Shown one piece after another: positions 47,601 to 58,700 of a stretch of DNA of 64,000 nt. Within the stretch, counting starts at the first letter, position 1; each line of letters begins with the position of its first letter. The stretch spans positions 124,001-188,000 of the IMG/VR virus record IMGVR_UViG_3300043446_003193; one strand, written 5' to 3'. The notes beneath the pieces are model-generated. The model ran no database searches. It was given only the letters and a program-made list of their open reading frames with translations, and was not told where the DNA came from. The position numbers and the translations under genes are program-made.

Positions 47601-49406
47601 ATCATAAGTAAATGCAGTTGCTAATGATTTTGTTATACTAATAGAACCATTTGAATATTCTCTTCCAGTTACCCAACTTGCACCCAATCCAATTTGACTT
47701 TGATTTATTTTAAAACGAACACTAAAATTATCAGTTAATACAAATCCATTTCCATCTGTAATTGTGGCCGTATGTGTTGATGTTCCATCATTTGCAGATG
47801 TCGCAGGATTATTAACAGTTATAGTAATTACTCCAGATGCCGTTTTTGCTCCTGATGCGGAAACCGTGCTATCGGTTGACGTAGCAGAAACACTTGTAAC
47901 AGAAAATCCATTATCATTTGAACCATTAATAGTAACCGTTCCTGTAAAAGTTCTATTAGCTCCTGTTAAAACATAATCTTGATCATCAATTGTTAAAACT
48001 CCCTTTTGTGGTATTAATATATCTCCGGTTTCTGTATATCCGGATACAAATGTAGAATTGCCATCGCTTCTTCTTGCTCTTACTCTTGCTTTTGCATATT
48101 GTGCAGTTGTAGTTTTACCTGCAATAGTTACCGAAGGTGTTACATTTGTACCGGCTGCAACCAAAGAAGTCCATGCTCCATAAGAACCACCACTATCTTT
48201 AACAGCATAATCTATATCATAATTTAAAGTAGTTCCACTTACAGCTGCAGTCAAAGCAGTGACCGTTACACCAAATGATTGTCCAAAAGCAGAATATGCT
48301 GCACTAATAGATGGTGAAACCATAGCAACAGTTACATTCGTAGTTGTATGATTTCTAACACTACTATTACTACTATTTGTAATATTTACTCTAAGAGATT
48401 GACTACCTAAAGTATTATAATAAATTGATAAATTTTGAGAAGTTGATGTAGAAATACTTGCTCCTGTTAATACCCAATTATAAGATATTGCAATAGAATC
48501 GGGATTATATAAAACTGTTGAAGTAACAGAATATGCAACAAAAGGTTCTACACTCGTAGAAGCACCAATTGATACCGCCATTGGTCTTCTAAATGTAGTT
48601 GCCGTAGTACTTGCCGTATCAAATGGGTTTGCCGAATCTTTGACCACAATAGTATAATCATCATCGGCCGTATTACTTGAATTATTAAAAGTTGCAGTAT
48701 TTACATCTGCAGAACCATAACCTGCTCCATTAAAATTATAATAATACGGAGAAACACCACCTGCAACATTCACAGTAAAATCTACGGAACCGGTAGTATA
48801 ATTATACGTTCCTGCGCCAGTAAATGATGGAGAAGTTGTAACTGATGTAATTGTTAAATCAACTGCATTTACAAAAACTGTTTTAGAATCATTTGCTTGT
48901 TTATTTGAAGAGTTTATTCTAAGTTCTAATCGTAATGTGTTTGTAGAATTTGGTACAATATATGTATTACTATTATCAACATAAAAGTCAGAAGCATTAG
49001 TTACATTTCCGGTAAGAGTTGCAGGAAATACATTTGTTCCAGTATATACACCATTTACCCAGATTTTAATATATGCCGTTTCTCCGGACTGCATACCCGT
49101 CACAGTATATGTAAAATCTAATCTTTTACCTGATTGAGCATTTGTATTAGCAGGACTAGTTAAAGTATTTATTGTAATTGCAGGAACTTTACCTTCAAAT
49201 TCTACAAACTCATATTGACTTCCAGTAGGCCTTGCTCCAGTACTTGGGTTTAATACTCCGACAGTATTTGGTAAATCTCTGACAGTATTTGGGTCAACTG
49301 TACCGGTCAAAAATTGATTTGCAACATATGAACCACTTACTGTCGTAGTTGCAGTGTTAAGACCGGCAGAAGAACCTAAATCTCCAATTCGTATATTACT
49401 TGCCAT
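44610..49406 (-). CDS. Large Ig/FN3-like repeat tail protein with C-terminal Hint domain
   Basis: S/T-rich beta-sandwich repeats; GGT|CLAKGTKILMWDG...T.EHP...TYFANNILVHN. Confidence 0.8.
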   Translation of the reverse strand: MASNIRIGDLGSSAGLNTATTTVSGSYVANQFLTGTVDPNTVRDLPNTVGVLNPSTGARPTGSQYEFVEFEGKVPAITINTLTSPANTNAQSGKRLDFTYTVTGMQSGETAYIKIWVNGVYTGTNVFPATLTGNVTNASDFYVDNSNTYIVPNSTNTLRLELRINSSNKQANDSKTVFVNAVDLTITSVTTSPSFTGAGTYNYTTGSVDFTVNVAGGVSPYYYNFNGAGYGSADVNTATFNNSSNTADDDYTIVVKDSANPFDTASTTATTFRRPMAVSIGASTSVEPFVAYSVTSTVLYNPDSIAISYNWVLTGASISTSTSQNLSIYYNTLGSQSLRVNITNSSNSSVRNHTTTNVTVAMVSPSISAAYSAFGQSFGVTVTALTAAVSGTTLNYDIDYAVKDSGGSYGAWTSLVAAGTNVTPSVTIAGKTTTAQYAKARVRARRSDGNSTFVSGYTETGDILIPQKGVLTIDDQDYVLTGANRTFTGTVTINGSNDNGFSVTSVSATSTDSTVSASGAKTASGVITITVNNPATSANDGTSTHTATITDGNGFVLTDNFSVRFKINQSQIGLGASWVTGREYSNGSISITKSLATAFTYDNFQYKVGSGGTYADLNSGTYTTAHNGWTAPSADQTWYYHVKASGGTYRQSDFNETSVTVYGYPNQGYGYSLTSNINSGTLSQVQSVVFSVTRSSGNFTKISARLDAYYPNGGSAGGQSLTDAQIDPDSVASFSFSALSLYDAICNSSTIGDGYGSVYLTYTISSGLYYYHTLTNKTVTVTREPGTIDVVKGGSGFVDGYAIRGVNFTLDASYTTNGPTETNSQGGYWYVWLDNNRMQASPLSFNGANPYNGTYLIRTNTSTTFCRKLATTSKTTLSSSSRGTVTYTWWGNLYTYSGTTNAWTLYINAGSERSKDISITVKGKRLASITGTPSVAFTKGYTEMSIYAGLLTYDSNDGTIDLTADNITVEYQIADTNGTVLTTQSGITFTGLSFGSTYKMRVKATDDWGTIKYSSWTANQLVEDLDYTFTLNTPATLYGIYAYQGPTYTPTRIINLDTWSGRTGGTFSTNSSVITFDNLEPNTKALASIHTVLSMDNKYTWSNFPGAYTTMTVSVDSGNAPGTGAYGMFRMFQNTYNGLWETADNTSPQQGEGALNIKTFQLYNTGDTSGNSLPYTNGNYYLAARVVSSATLGVTTTYRIHGQKSSTDTSQGTDYYIVLRNRGVVNTLSFVSKSVVCGGVTATYSVGQIDTATKLVIEKSTDNSTWTAAETFTSITANTNYAAFISLTSGTTMYFRAKIYNSSDTLLSTTATNSAISYNAVAASGNITAPTVSLDTPTCGTLTYAFSRTGTANAQNAATYYVVWYKCTFDYGPEGSILNQGSRSFGTSYAFSISSIACDNPIYYEIYAVSESGCSGTANSSCLIYKYTGAGCDCTGGGTCLAKGTKILMWDGSEKNVEDLIEGDLLKNISIDGFSEEEDAWKTFSTNTFDYVDSMSAVKSVTSGVWHYHYVINDKLKITFEHPIFIKRDNEYKFLRAEDVIVGDMMYNLDGNWEMIEEKIRVDELDEFISLDVETNDTYFANNILVHNVLGPGGKITP

Positions 49407-52400
49407 TAGATAAAACCTGTTTTAAAGTATTTACTTCTTTTTTTAAATTTTGTATTTGTTTAACCATAATTGGAATTAGTTCATTATATTTTATGGTTAA
49501 ATACTCTCCCATTATTCTTCCATCTGTTAAATTTGGATATATTTTTTCAACATCTTGTGCAATAAATCCATAATGTTTTTTATTTTCACTATCAGAATTC
49601 CAACTATATGCAACCGGATGTAATCTATCCATATCTTCAATTTCAGTTTCATCTATATCAACTATATTTTTTTTCAATCTTATATCAGAACTAAGTGATG
49701 TTGAAAAACCGGCAATATCACCTTTTACATGCAATTCTCCATAGTGAGCAAAATATCCTGCAGATTTTATATTTGCATTAGCAGCTGTTGGTGTAGCAAT
49801 ATCTTCAACTTTAAGAAAATTACCAGTACTATCCTGTGAACTATTAAATAATGCCTGTAATCCTCTTTCTGAAATTTCTACTTGTTTTGTTAATGAAGTA
49901 GCTGTTAAAGATAATCCTTTTGCATAATAATTTGTTGAAGATGGTGAATATGAATCTACTCCAATACTTTCTGCCCAAATTGCATATCCAGCTGGTATAG
50001 TACCAAATCCAAATAAAGTAAATGAATCATAATAATCAATATGCCATCTTGTTTTTCTATAATTCGCAACCAAACCATTTGATTTTGTAGTGGATATTTG
50101 TAATGGGTTTGTTGTTTTACCAAGAGTTATAAATTGAAAAGAAGTATCTGCAAATTCTTCTTGAGTACTTGTAGTAGATGGAGAAACTGTTCTAGAAATT
50201 GAACCAATTGATGTTCCACCATAAGATAATGTACTTGTTACAGTTGCAGTACCAGTAACCGAATCAAAAGAAGTATAAAAATCAATATATTGTCCATCCA
50301 TTTGTGAAAGAGTAGTATATGATGTTCCTTTTTTAGTATTAAAATATGATATAAAAGCAGTAACAGCTGCTTCAGCACTACCACCTATCCATCCTCTAGT
50401 GATAGAAGAATAATAATTTAAATTCGTTGGGTCTTGACTTAAATTATATTTTATATGATATGCAATATTTAGAGCTGCTTGATCAACAGTTGAAAAAGTA
50501 CCAGTAGAAGCTACATATGTATACTCCATTGTTGGAGCATTGTTCCATTCTAAATCAATTCTATATTTAACCGATGCGTTAATTGAATATGTTGATGTAG
50601 CAGATAAACTGGTATACATATTAGTACTTGTTGCCGACAAAGTAGCTACCGTAGAACCATTAACATTATACAAATACAAATTTTGTGGTGTTGAAGTTCC
50701 TATACTAAAATAAGTTTGAGCGGTAGTTGCCGTTATTGCACTACCTGCTCCTGGAACTGTTGTTAACAATTCACCTGGATGAATAAGTACACGGTTTCCT
50801 GCATAGGTACTTTCCCCTGTAATTTGAATATAATTATCAGCCCCAGTTCCTCCAGCATTTAAAGTAATTTTATCTTTAGAAATGCTATTTTGACCAATAA
50901 CCCACCCACCAATAGTACCATCAGTAGCAGTTATTTTTCCAGATATGTTCGCGTTGGAAGCTACTAAAGCACCTGCAGTATCTACTCTAAATGGAGCAGA
51001 GTTAAATGCCGTATTACCCGCATGAAATCCTGCAATTGACATTACCGCTTGTGAATTACCGGATGAATTACCTGCTATTACTCTTGATTGACCACCATCT
51101 AATATCACACCATTTGTTGCAGTACCACCAATTAATTTTCCTGCTTGAATTTCAAATCCACCAATTGATCCAGTTTGAGCAGTTAATGTTGTTGCAGATA
51201 TTGCACCACCAATATCAACTATATTTGTTGCAGATGCATCGTATTTAAAATAATTACTACCACTAACAAAACTTACTTTTGGTACAAATGAACTTCCACT
51301 AATTCCTAACCAAATACCATTAGTACCATATGATTGAACTCCTTGACCTATTGAAACAAATGGTTTGGTAGTTCCACCTGCTAATGTTATATTTGCAGCA
51401 GAACCAGATGCATTAGTACCAATATTTAAAGTATTTTTAACATACGATTCATCAAATATTGCAATCTTAGCTGCAACAAAGAAATCTTGTGTTCCCAAAT
51501 ATTCCCAATAAGAATTGCTTGCTCCATCGGTAGGTGCATTTCCAGTTGTTTGCTGTAATGTTGCGTAATATTTTGTAACACCTCCTGAACTTTGATAAAC
51601 GGCATCTCTTCTTGAAGAACCCGCAACAGTTGTGTAATAATAAGTTGTGCCTGCTGCATATTCTCCTCTTAACACAATACCAGGACCCGTCGCTCCGGTA
51701 TTTCCATCAGTACCATCCGATGAAACATTTACATTATGTGTTTTATAAAAAGTTGTAGAAGTTCCTTCCGAATCTACATATGATCCGGTAATGCTTACAA
51801 TTAATCCACTTGTAGAAGATGGTGTAGAAGGTGTTATTGTTGTATATCCATCACCATCTACACCGGCATTTGTACCATTTGTTACAGAAGATATTCTAAA
51901 TGAAGGTATAACATATGGAGAAGTGGCATCATACGCATATGCACTACCACCTTCATTTACATATAATTTAAATGAAGAAGGAGTACCATATGAACCTGCT
52001 GTACTTTTTGTAATAGTTTGTCCATCTTTTTCAATTGATACAACTACCGCCGGTGGTGCCGCTAATGCTTTAGAAACGGTAGCTACAACATTTTTAGTAC
52101 CAGATGTACCTTCACTATCGGTATAGTTTACAGGTATTGTTACTTGAGCAGTTGAACCAGTTATTGAAGATGCCGTTGATGTTATTGTTATAACATTTGA
52201 CGAAACTGTTCCTGCCAATCCATTTGTATATGTTGGTGTACCTATTGAAGTAAATCTACTTGTACCAGATTCCAAAGCAGTTATCGTTAATGCGGTTGGA
52301 GTAGCAGAACCACTTGTTTTTGAATTTGCATTTATTGATTGTGCAGATGGAGATACTGCTACTAATACATTTGGTGTACCTGCTTTAGCTTTTGAATATG

Positions 52401-55400
52401 TTACTAATTTTACAAATGTACTATCACTTCCTCTACCATCTCTGTAAGTTACTTTTAAATTTATACTACCACTATCAGCGGATAACGCGGTTATAGAATA
52501 GTTGTTATTTGTAAGTACTGCTGTTACATTTGAAGATGATGAAATACTTGCACTAAATTTATTGTTTCCAATTGTAGATGCGTATGAAATATCTTCACTT
52601 CCAACTTTTACTGATATAGAACCACTACTTGCTAAAAACCCACCAAAAACAGTTCCACCAGAATATGCAGGAAATGTTGTATTTTCGTTTGATACTGTCA
52701 CTGCAATTTGTGATTCAGCTATTACCGGAGTAATTGTAATTGTATCACTATAAACTGCATTATTTAAATCATAAGCAGTAAATGTATATGTTGTTGCGCC
52801 AGATGAATATGAATAATCACTACCATTTATACTATATGATTGTACACCGGTGGTATTATTGTTAGAACCAACGGTCAAAGCTGGTTTACTACTACCACTA
52901 GTTACAGTAATTTCATTTGTAGTACTTCCTAAATTATTTCTTTTTACATCAATTGTTATAGTTTGTCCAGATGGTGATAAACTCAAATCGGTCATTTTAT
53001 AAAAAAACTGATTAGCGTTAGAAACTGCATTTAAGTTTTTACTCTTATCACCTTTTAATACACCTTCCAATTGTACCGAAGATGAATATCCTCCTTTATT
53101 AAAATAATAAGTTCCTTTATGTGTAAGTTGGGTAGGAGTAGCATATGACCAAGATGCTACATTTGTACCTAGCATTGCAACATCGTGTTGATCATCTCCA
53201 CTAAAAACACGATAAACAGACTCGGTAGATTTTCCTATATATTCGGTAGATATTAAAGCTAATTTTGGTAAATAAGAACCAGAAGTTATGTAAATACTAC
53301 CAGAAACAATGTTATTTGTTAGCTTTATATCAATAAAATCATTAAGTTGTGCAGGAACATTATTATCGTCTGGATCATACACAAATTGATTTTTATTAGC
53401 AATTGCAATGAAATTTTGACCATCAATACCATCTGCACCAACAGCTCCTTGATCAACTCTATAAATGTTTACCAAATCTCTTACATCTTCGCAAGATGCC
53501 GTATATTGAACTCTACTAATTTTTGATGAAGATATTGATCCAGTAAAATTAGAAACCAAAAGAGTTGCGGATGTTTCCGTTACATTTGTTAATAAACCAG
53601 GATAAAAAGGTTCAGATGCATAAACCGATGGATTAATGTAATCACCATTTGCATCAAATGCTGAAGAGTAGAATGTTACAGAACCGGTTAATCCTATTTT
53701 TGAAATATCAAAATTTATTGAAGATACTCCAATTGTTTCTCCTGAGCCAGAAAAACTAAATAGTGTATTATCTGGAGTTACTGTTAATGATTTTTGAACA
53801 ATTGTATCTGTTCCACCAGTAAATGTAATTTCTTTTTCTAAAGTAACAGGTACATAATTGTTATTAATATCGTAAAATTCAAAACGAAAATCGTAAGTAT
53901 CATTATTTACTTTAGTCGGAACATTTACATTTAGAGTAACTTCATTAGGAGAAAAGTTTGTTTCTTGAGAAGCTCGTAAACTTATGTTTGATAAATACCA
54001 TTCTCCTTGATGAATATTAAAAAATATTTGTCCCTGCCCATCAGTATCTGGTTTAAAATTTATTTGTTGTTTATCAAATCTTCTAAAAGATTCACTAACA
54101 TTAAATTCACCTAAAAGTTTTCCATATCCAAGATCAGAGTCCTCAACTACGAATGCCGGTCCAACACCAAACACATTTAATTTTCCATAACCAAAAGAAG
54201 ATGATTGCAATAAAAGACTGAAATCTAATTGATATTCAGTATTACTTAGAAAATCAATATCATTGTGATTATAAAAAACTCTCTGTGGATGTTGTGTTGT
54301 ATTTAAAGTATTATCGTCTTGTAGTTTTACTGAAGATGCTAATACTGAATCATTTTGTGTAGCAGTATAATATGTATTTTCTTCATGTTTTTTATATTTC
54401 CAAAAATCATCTATTATTTTTTGAGATGAAAATTGTCCTATTCTAACATTTACACTTCCACTATATGCATCAGTTTGAAATAGTTCATTTGATTCTAACT
54501 GAATATCTTCTAATAAACTATAATTTCCAATATCTGATTTTCTTTTACCAAATATTTTCAAACGATTTACATCACCACTAAATGTTTCCAAATTAGCTAT
54601 TTTTATTTTAGCATAAGAAGAACTAATTGCAGAGTTTGTTAAAGTTACACTTTCGTTATATGGTAATGTAAATGATGCGGAAGAAAAATCAGTTACATAT
54701 TGTACGGCGTTTGTGGCATTTGAAGATGTTTCATAATAAGGAATTGTTGCTAATGCTTTTTTAGAATTAACAACATCTTTTATAATTGTAGAATATGATT
54801 GATTTAATCCAGTTATCGTAATTGTTTCACCTTCCATAGATGATGAAAAATTACTTCCACTAATTTTTAATTCATAAATTGTATCACCTTTGAAAGTTCT
54901 AAAATTTGAACCAGATGTAGGTTGTACCGAAACACCATCAACACTTCCACTAATAGTTACTCTATTTACAGTTCTATTGTATATTGGTAAAATTGTTTCA
55001 GTTATATCTACCGTCGGTCTACGATAGAAACGAATCTTTGTTGTATTTGCAATAATAGGATTTACATTCACTACTTTTTGCCATCTAACATTATATTGAT
55101 TTTCCCAGTTTGAAGGGATTGGTGTTAGTAATCCATTAGCATCTTCATATTCACTTAATTCTCCTAATATAGTAATTGTACATGGACCAAATGCAGTATC
55201 TGGATAAACATATACTGCCACTACTTTTGAAGTTCCTTCATAATATTCAGGAATACCTTCTCCTGGTTCGTGATAAATTACATTTCCTAATGCATCTTTA
55301 ATTTCTATCTTTATAAGAGTATCGGCAACTAATTCAGGAGAACCCTGAATTAAAAAAGAGTTTTTACCACCAGAAAAAGTTCCAGGTAGTTCGGTGATTC

Positions 55401-55491
55401 TAAAGTATCTACTATTTGGATCAGTATCTTCTAAAAATATATTATATCTCTCTAAATTTTCTGGAAATAGAGTCTTTTTAAGAATGGCCAT
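49396..55491 (-). CDS. Giant tail/central fibre protein with C-terminal peptidase S74 chaperone
   Basis: 2031 aa; G.IGG(F/W).I repeats; ends SSDIRLKKNI...PVAYSWN...GFIAQDV...YNELIPIMV. Confidence 0.8.
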   Translation of the reverse strand: MAILKKTLFPENLERYNIFLEDTDPNSRYFRITELPGTFSGGKNSFLIQGSPELVADTLIKIEIKDALGNVIYHEPGEGIPEYYEGTSKVVAVYVYPDTAFGPCTITILGELSEYEDANGLLTPIPSNWENQYNVRWQKVVNVNPIIANTTKIRFYRRPTVDITETILPIYNRTVNRVTISGSVDGVSVQPTSGSNFRTFKGDTIYELKISGSNFSSSMEGETITITGLNQSYSTIIKDVVNSKKALATIPYYETSSNATNAVQYVTDFSSASFTLPYNESVTLTNSAISSSYAKIKIANLETFSGDVNRLKIFGKRKSDIGNYSLLEDIQLESNELFQTDAYSGSVNVRIGQFSSQKIIDDFWKYKKHEENTYYTATQNDSVLASSVKLQDDNTLNTTQHPQRVFYNHNDIDFLSNTEYQLDFSLLLQSSSFGYGKLNVFGVGPAFVVEDSDLGYGKLLGEFNVSESFRRFDKQQINFKPDTDGQGQIFFNIHQGEWYLSNISLRASQETNFSPNEVTLNVNVPTKVNNDTYDFRFEFYDINNNYVPVTLEKEITFTGGTDTIVQKSLTVTPDNTLFSFSGSGETIGVSSINFDISKIGLTGSVTFYSSAFDANGDYINPSVYASEPFYPGLLTNVTETSATLLVSNFTGSISSSKISRVQYTASCEDVRDLVNIYRVDQGAVGADGIDGQNFIAIANKNQFVYDPDDNNVPAQLNDFIDIKLTNNIVSGSIYITSGSYLPKLALISTEYIGKSTESVYRVFSGDDQHDVAMLGTNVASWSYATPTQLTHKGTYYFNKGGYSSSVQLEGVLKGDKSKNLNAVSNANQFFYKMTDLSLSPSGQTITIDVKRNNLGSTTNEITVTSGSSKPALTVGSNNNTTGVQSYSINGSDYSYSSGATTYTFTAYDLNNAVYSDTITITPVIAESQIAVTVSNENTTFPAYSGGTVFGGFLASSGSISVKVGSEDISYASTIGNNKFSASISSSSNVTAVLTNNNYSITALSADSGSINLKVTYRDGRGSDSTFVKLVTYSKAKAGTPNVLVAVSPSAQSINANSKTSGSATPTALTITALESGTSRFTSIGTPTYTNGLAGTVSSNVITITSTASSITGSTAQVTIPVNYTDSEGTSGTKNVVATVSKALAAPPAVVVSIEKDGQTITKSTAGSYGTPSSFKLYVNEGGSAYAYDATSPYVIPSFRISSVTNGTNAGVDGDGYTTITPSTPSSTSGLIVSITGSYVDSEGTSTTFYKTHNVNVSSDGTDGNTGATGPGIVLRGEYAAGTTYYYTTVAGSSRRDAVYQSSGGVTKYYATLQQTTGNAPTDGASNSYWEYLGTQDFFVAAKIAIFDESYVKNTLNIGTNASGSAANITLAGGTTKPFVSIGQGVQSYGTNGIWLGISGSSFVPKVSFVSGSNYFKYDASATNIVDIGGAISATTLTAQTGSIGGFEIQAGKLIGGTATNGVILDGGQSRVIAGNSSGNSQAVMSIAGFHAGNTAFNSAPFRVDTAGALVASNANISGKITATDGTIGGWVIGQNSISKDKITLNAGGTGADNYIQITGESTYAGNRVLIHPGELLTTVPGAGSAITATTAQTYFSIGTSTPQNLYLYNVNGSTVATLSATSTNMYTSLSATSTYSINASVKYRIDLEWNNAPTMEYTYVASTGTFSTVDQAALNIAYHIKYNLSQDPTNLNYYSSITRGWIGGSAEAAVTAFISYFNTKKGTSYTTLSQMDGQYIDFYTSFDSVTGTATVTSTLSYGGTSIGSISRTVSPSTTSTQEEFADTSFQFITLGKTTNPLQISTTKSNGLVANYRKTRWHIDYYDSFTLFGFGTIPAGYAIWAESIGVDSYSPSSTNYYAKGLSLTATSLTKQVEISERGLQALFNSSQDSTGNFLKVEDIATPTAANANIKSAGYFAHYGELHVKGDIAGFSTSLSSDIRLKKNIVDIDETEIEDMDRLHPVAYSWNSDSENKKHYGFIAQDVEKIYPNLTDGRIMGEYLTIKYNELIPIMVKQIQNLKKEVNTLKQVLSNGK

Positions 55492-55502
55492 TAATCTTTT
55501 TA

Positions 55503-55511
55503 CATAAATAT
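55503..55511 (-). promoter_or_regulatory. Putative late promoter motif variant ATATTTATG
   Basis: Upstream of 55491. Confidence 0.55.
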
Positions 55512-55532
55512 TCTCAAAAAAATAATCTTCAC

Positions 55533-55541
55533 ATATTTATA
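55533..55541 (+). promoter_or_regulatory. Putative late promoter motif ATATTTATA (plus strand)
   Basis: Upstream of the only plus-strand gene, 55602. Confidence 0.6.
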
Positions 55542-55544
55542 TAA

Positions 55545-55594
55545 AGAAAACTAATAAATACTATATTGTATTATAGAAAACTAAAGAAAACTAA
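55545..55594 (+). repeat. Three AGAAAACTAA direct repeats (candidate operator)
   Basis: Copies start at 55545, 55575 and 55585. Confidence 0.8.
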
Positions 55595-55601
55595 ATAAGT
55601 T

Positions 55602-55787
55602 ATGAAATACGCAATGTTGCAAATTAAAAAAGAAACCCATGAACTTCTCAAATCATATTGTGAAGAACACGGGTTTAAAATGGGTAGTTTAGTTGAAAAT
55701 CTAATCAAAAAACACGTTGGTGTTTCAAAACCTCAATCAGGTGTGTTGAAGGCTGATAAAGTTACTGTTAGAAATCAATCTTACTAA
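55602..55787 (+). CDS. Small DNA-binding regulator, ribbon-helix-helix-like
   Basis: Only credible plus-strand gene. A short beta strand (YAMLQI) precedes two helices (ETHELLKSYCEEHG.KM..LVE.LI); it has its own upstream ATATTTATA motif. Confidence 0.7.
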   Translation: MKYAMLQIKKETHELLKSYCEEHGFKMGSLVENLIKKHVGVSKPQSGVLKADKVTVRNQSY

Positions 55788-58700
55788 ATCCATTCTCTTT
55801 TTTTATTTCTATTAATCCATCTACGATATCTCTCATAGCATCTAAGTGAGAAATAACCCAAATGAAATCAAATTGAGTTTTAAGATATTGCATCATTCCG
55901 AATAGGGATGATAGATTATCACTATCTAATGTACCAAATCCCTCATCAATCACTAAGAAGTTTGGTCTAGGTAATCCACATATGTTTATCAATGCAACTC
56001 TGATTGCTAAACCACTAATAAACTTTTCCATACCACTACACATTTCTAATGCCCATTCTTGATCCTCGTAAACTATCTTTGCGTTGATATTCTTGCCATC
56101 TACTTCCATTACAACCCCGAAATCAACTACTTGTCCTAAGATATTATTTACTTCCGTTTGAATAACCGGTAATGCTTTAGAAATTAATTCATATGGAATA
56201 CCATCTCTCTTTACAGCATCTAAATAATAGGTGTATAGGCGGTTCTTTTCTTCTAAATCCTTAACTTCATCCATTTTAGCTTTGATACCGTCTATAAACG
56301 ATTGCAATTGAGAAATAGAACCATTTACAGAAGTTATATCTTTATTAATTTGTTTAATTACTTTATCAACTTCTGATTTAAGAATTTCTTTTTCTTTAAT
56401 TTGTTTTTCTAATTGTTTGTTTGTTTCAATTGTATCTTCGTTTTCGTAATATTTTTCAATATCTTCTTCAACTTTATCCAATTGAGTTTGTAATAATTCT
56501 TCTTTTGTTTCTAAACCTTTGTATTCCATTTCGGCTTTCTCTAATATAACTTTTATTCTGGAATATCTTGTTTTGATTTCTTGTAATTCATTATATTGTT
56601 CTTCTACACCTTCCATAGTATCCAATGTTTGTTGAATACCTGTACAATTAACCAATGCTTCTCTAAATTCTTCTTTCAATTGAGGTAATAATTCTTTTAC
56701 TCTCATTGCATCTTTTACAAAAGTATTATCACAACAAAACTCACAATTTGGGTCGTATTTATGATTATTCAAATGTGCAATCGTTTCTTCTGCAGAACTT
56801 ACATGCACTTTTGCAATATCATAAGTTTTAGTTGCTTCGGTTAATGCTTTTTGTTCTTTTTGATAATTTGAATATGCCGTTTCAATATCAACGCCGCCAA
56901 ATGATTTCTTATCTTCTATTGATTGTGATAATTCATTAAGGGTATTGGTATGATTTTCTATTTTAGTTTCAGTATTGGTATATTCCGTTTCTAAATCTTC
57001 AATTTGTTTTGTAATTAATTTTCTTTTATCTTCCAAAGTGGGTAAATCTAAATTAGAATCAATTGGTGCAAGTTGTCTTGTTAATCCTAACACCTCGTTC
57101 TCAATACTTTCTTTTATTTTTGCTTCAGAATTTAATTGTTGTTGTAATTCTTTTAATTCACCTTTTTTATATTTAATCTCAATACCTTTATTTGCCAATT
57201 CTGTTGTAAAATCAGTTTTCTTAAAATTTTTGATAAGAACACTTACTTCTCTAATATCTTCTACTGCTGTATCAAACAACTTATCAAAGATATTCAATCC
57301 CATAAATTGTGCCAATAAATCTTTTCTTTCACTTTGTGATTTATCAATGAATAGTGCATTATTCCCTTGCAGAGATAATGCAGTTAATACGAAATCCTCA
57401 TACTTACCAACATATTGTTCAATGATGGTGTTTGTATCTCTTCTTTCTGTTCCATTAAGTGAAGTTCTTTCATCTCCATCCATTTTATAGAACTCAACAT
57501 CTACTTTTACATTCTTTCCTTTGTTGATTGTTTTAGCAGTTCTTTCAATAAAATATCTTTCACCATTAATATCAAATTCTAACTTACATTTGAAATCGGT
57601 TTTACGATTATTCATTATGTTTGCTGCTTTGAATGCTCTACTACTCTTATCGTATAAACAAAATGAAATAGAGTCAAATAGAGATGATTTACCACTTGCA
57701 TTTGGTGCAAATAATCCCATCAATCCGTTTAATTTACTGAAATCAATAACATTGTCCTCACCATAGGAGAACATGTTACTAAACTCAAACTTTATAGGTT
57801 TCCATTGGATATTTCTTGCAACATCATCTAATACAATTCTACTATTAATATCTCTATTGATTGTTTCCAATTCAGATAAATCTTTATCTGTCACAAATGG
57901 CATCATTCTCTTAACATAATCATGTATTAAAGAGTTTTGATGGTTTACATCTGTAATATCTTCAAAATCTAATTTGTTTTGTCTATTTCCGGTCTTTAAT
58001 TTGGAAAGTGAATCCGTTCTAATGATTGTAAAATCTTCAAGTCCGTATCTCATCTTAATTTCTGTCAATACTTTCTTTGTATCGGCAGTATCGGTATTAG
58101 ATAAACGAACTCTCAATCTTGCATTCTTTGGCATATTGTTTACAACCGGAACTACACCATTATCTACATCCAAAGTATAATAACCATAATCGTTTGGTAA
58201 ATCAACACTCTCATAAGTTAGAGTATCCATATCCCAAACTAAGAAACCATGTTTATCTAATGTTTCACCGAAGTTTTGTTGAACCAATGAACCAGCATAA
58301 ACTACCTTACAACCTGCCGGACTAATCATCTCTTGTCTTTTATGAATATCACCCAATAGAGCTAAATCATATCCATCAAATATATCGGTTGTAAAATGTC
58401 TACTACTAACCACATAACCCACATCCGTAATAGAATTATCCACGGGGCCGTGGAATAATGCAATCTTTGTTTTTGCATCAATATCTTCTGCTTTAGGCCA
58501 ATTATCTTTATTATCAAAAATAGAATAAACAGCGAATGCAGTATCACCATATTTCCAAACTTGTGTATCTCTTAAATAATAAAAATTATCCAAATTCAAT
58601 GCTTCTACAATTGGAGTAAGAACATCAATTCTATCCAAATTATTCATATTACAATCGTGATTACCTGTAATAAGAATTGTAGGTGCTAATTTTGCACACT

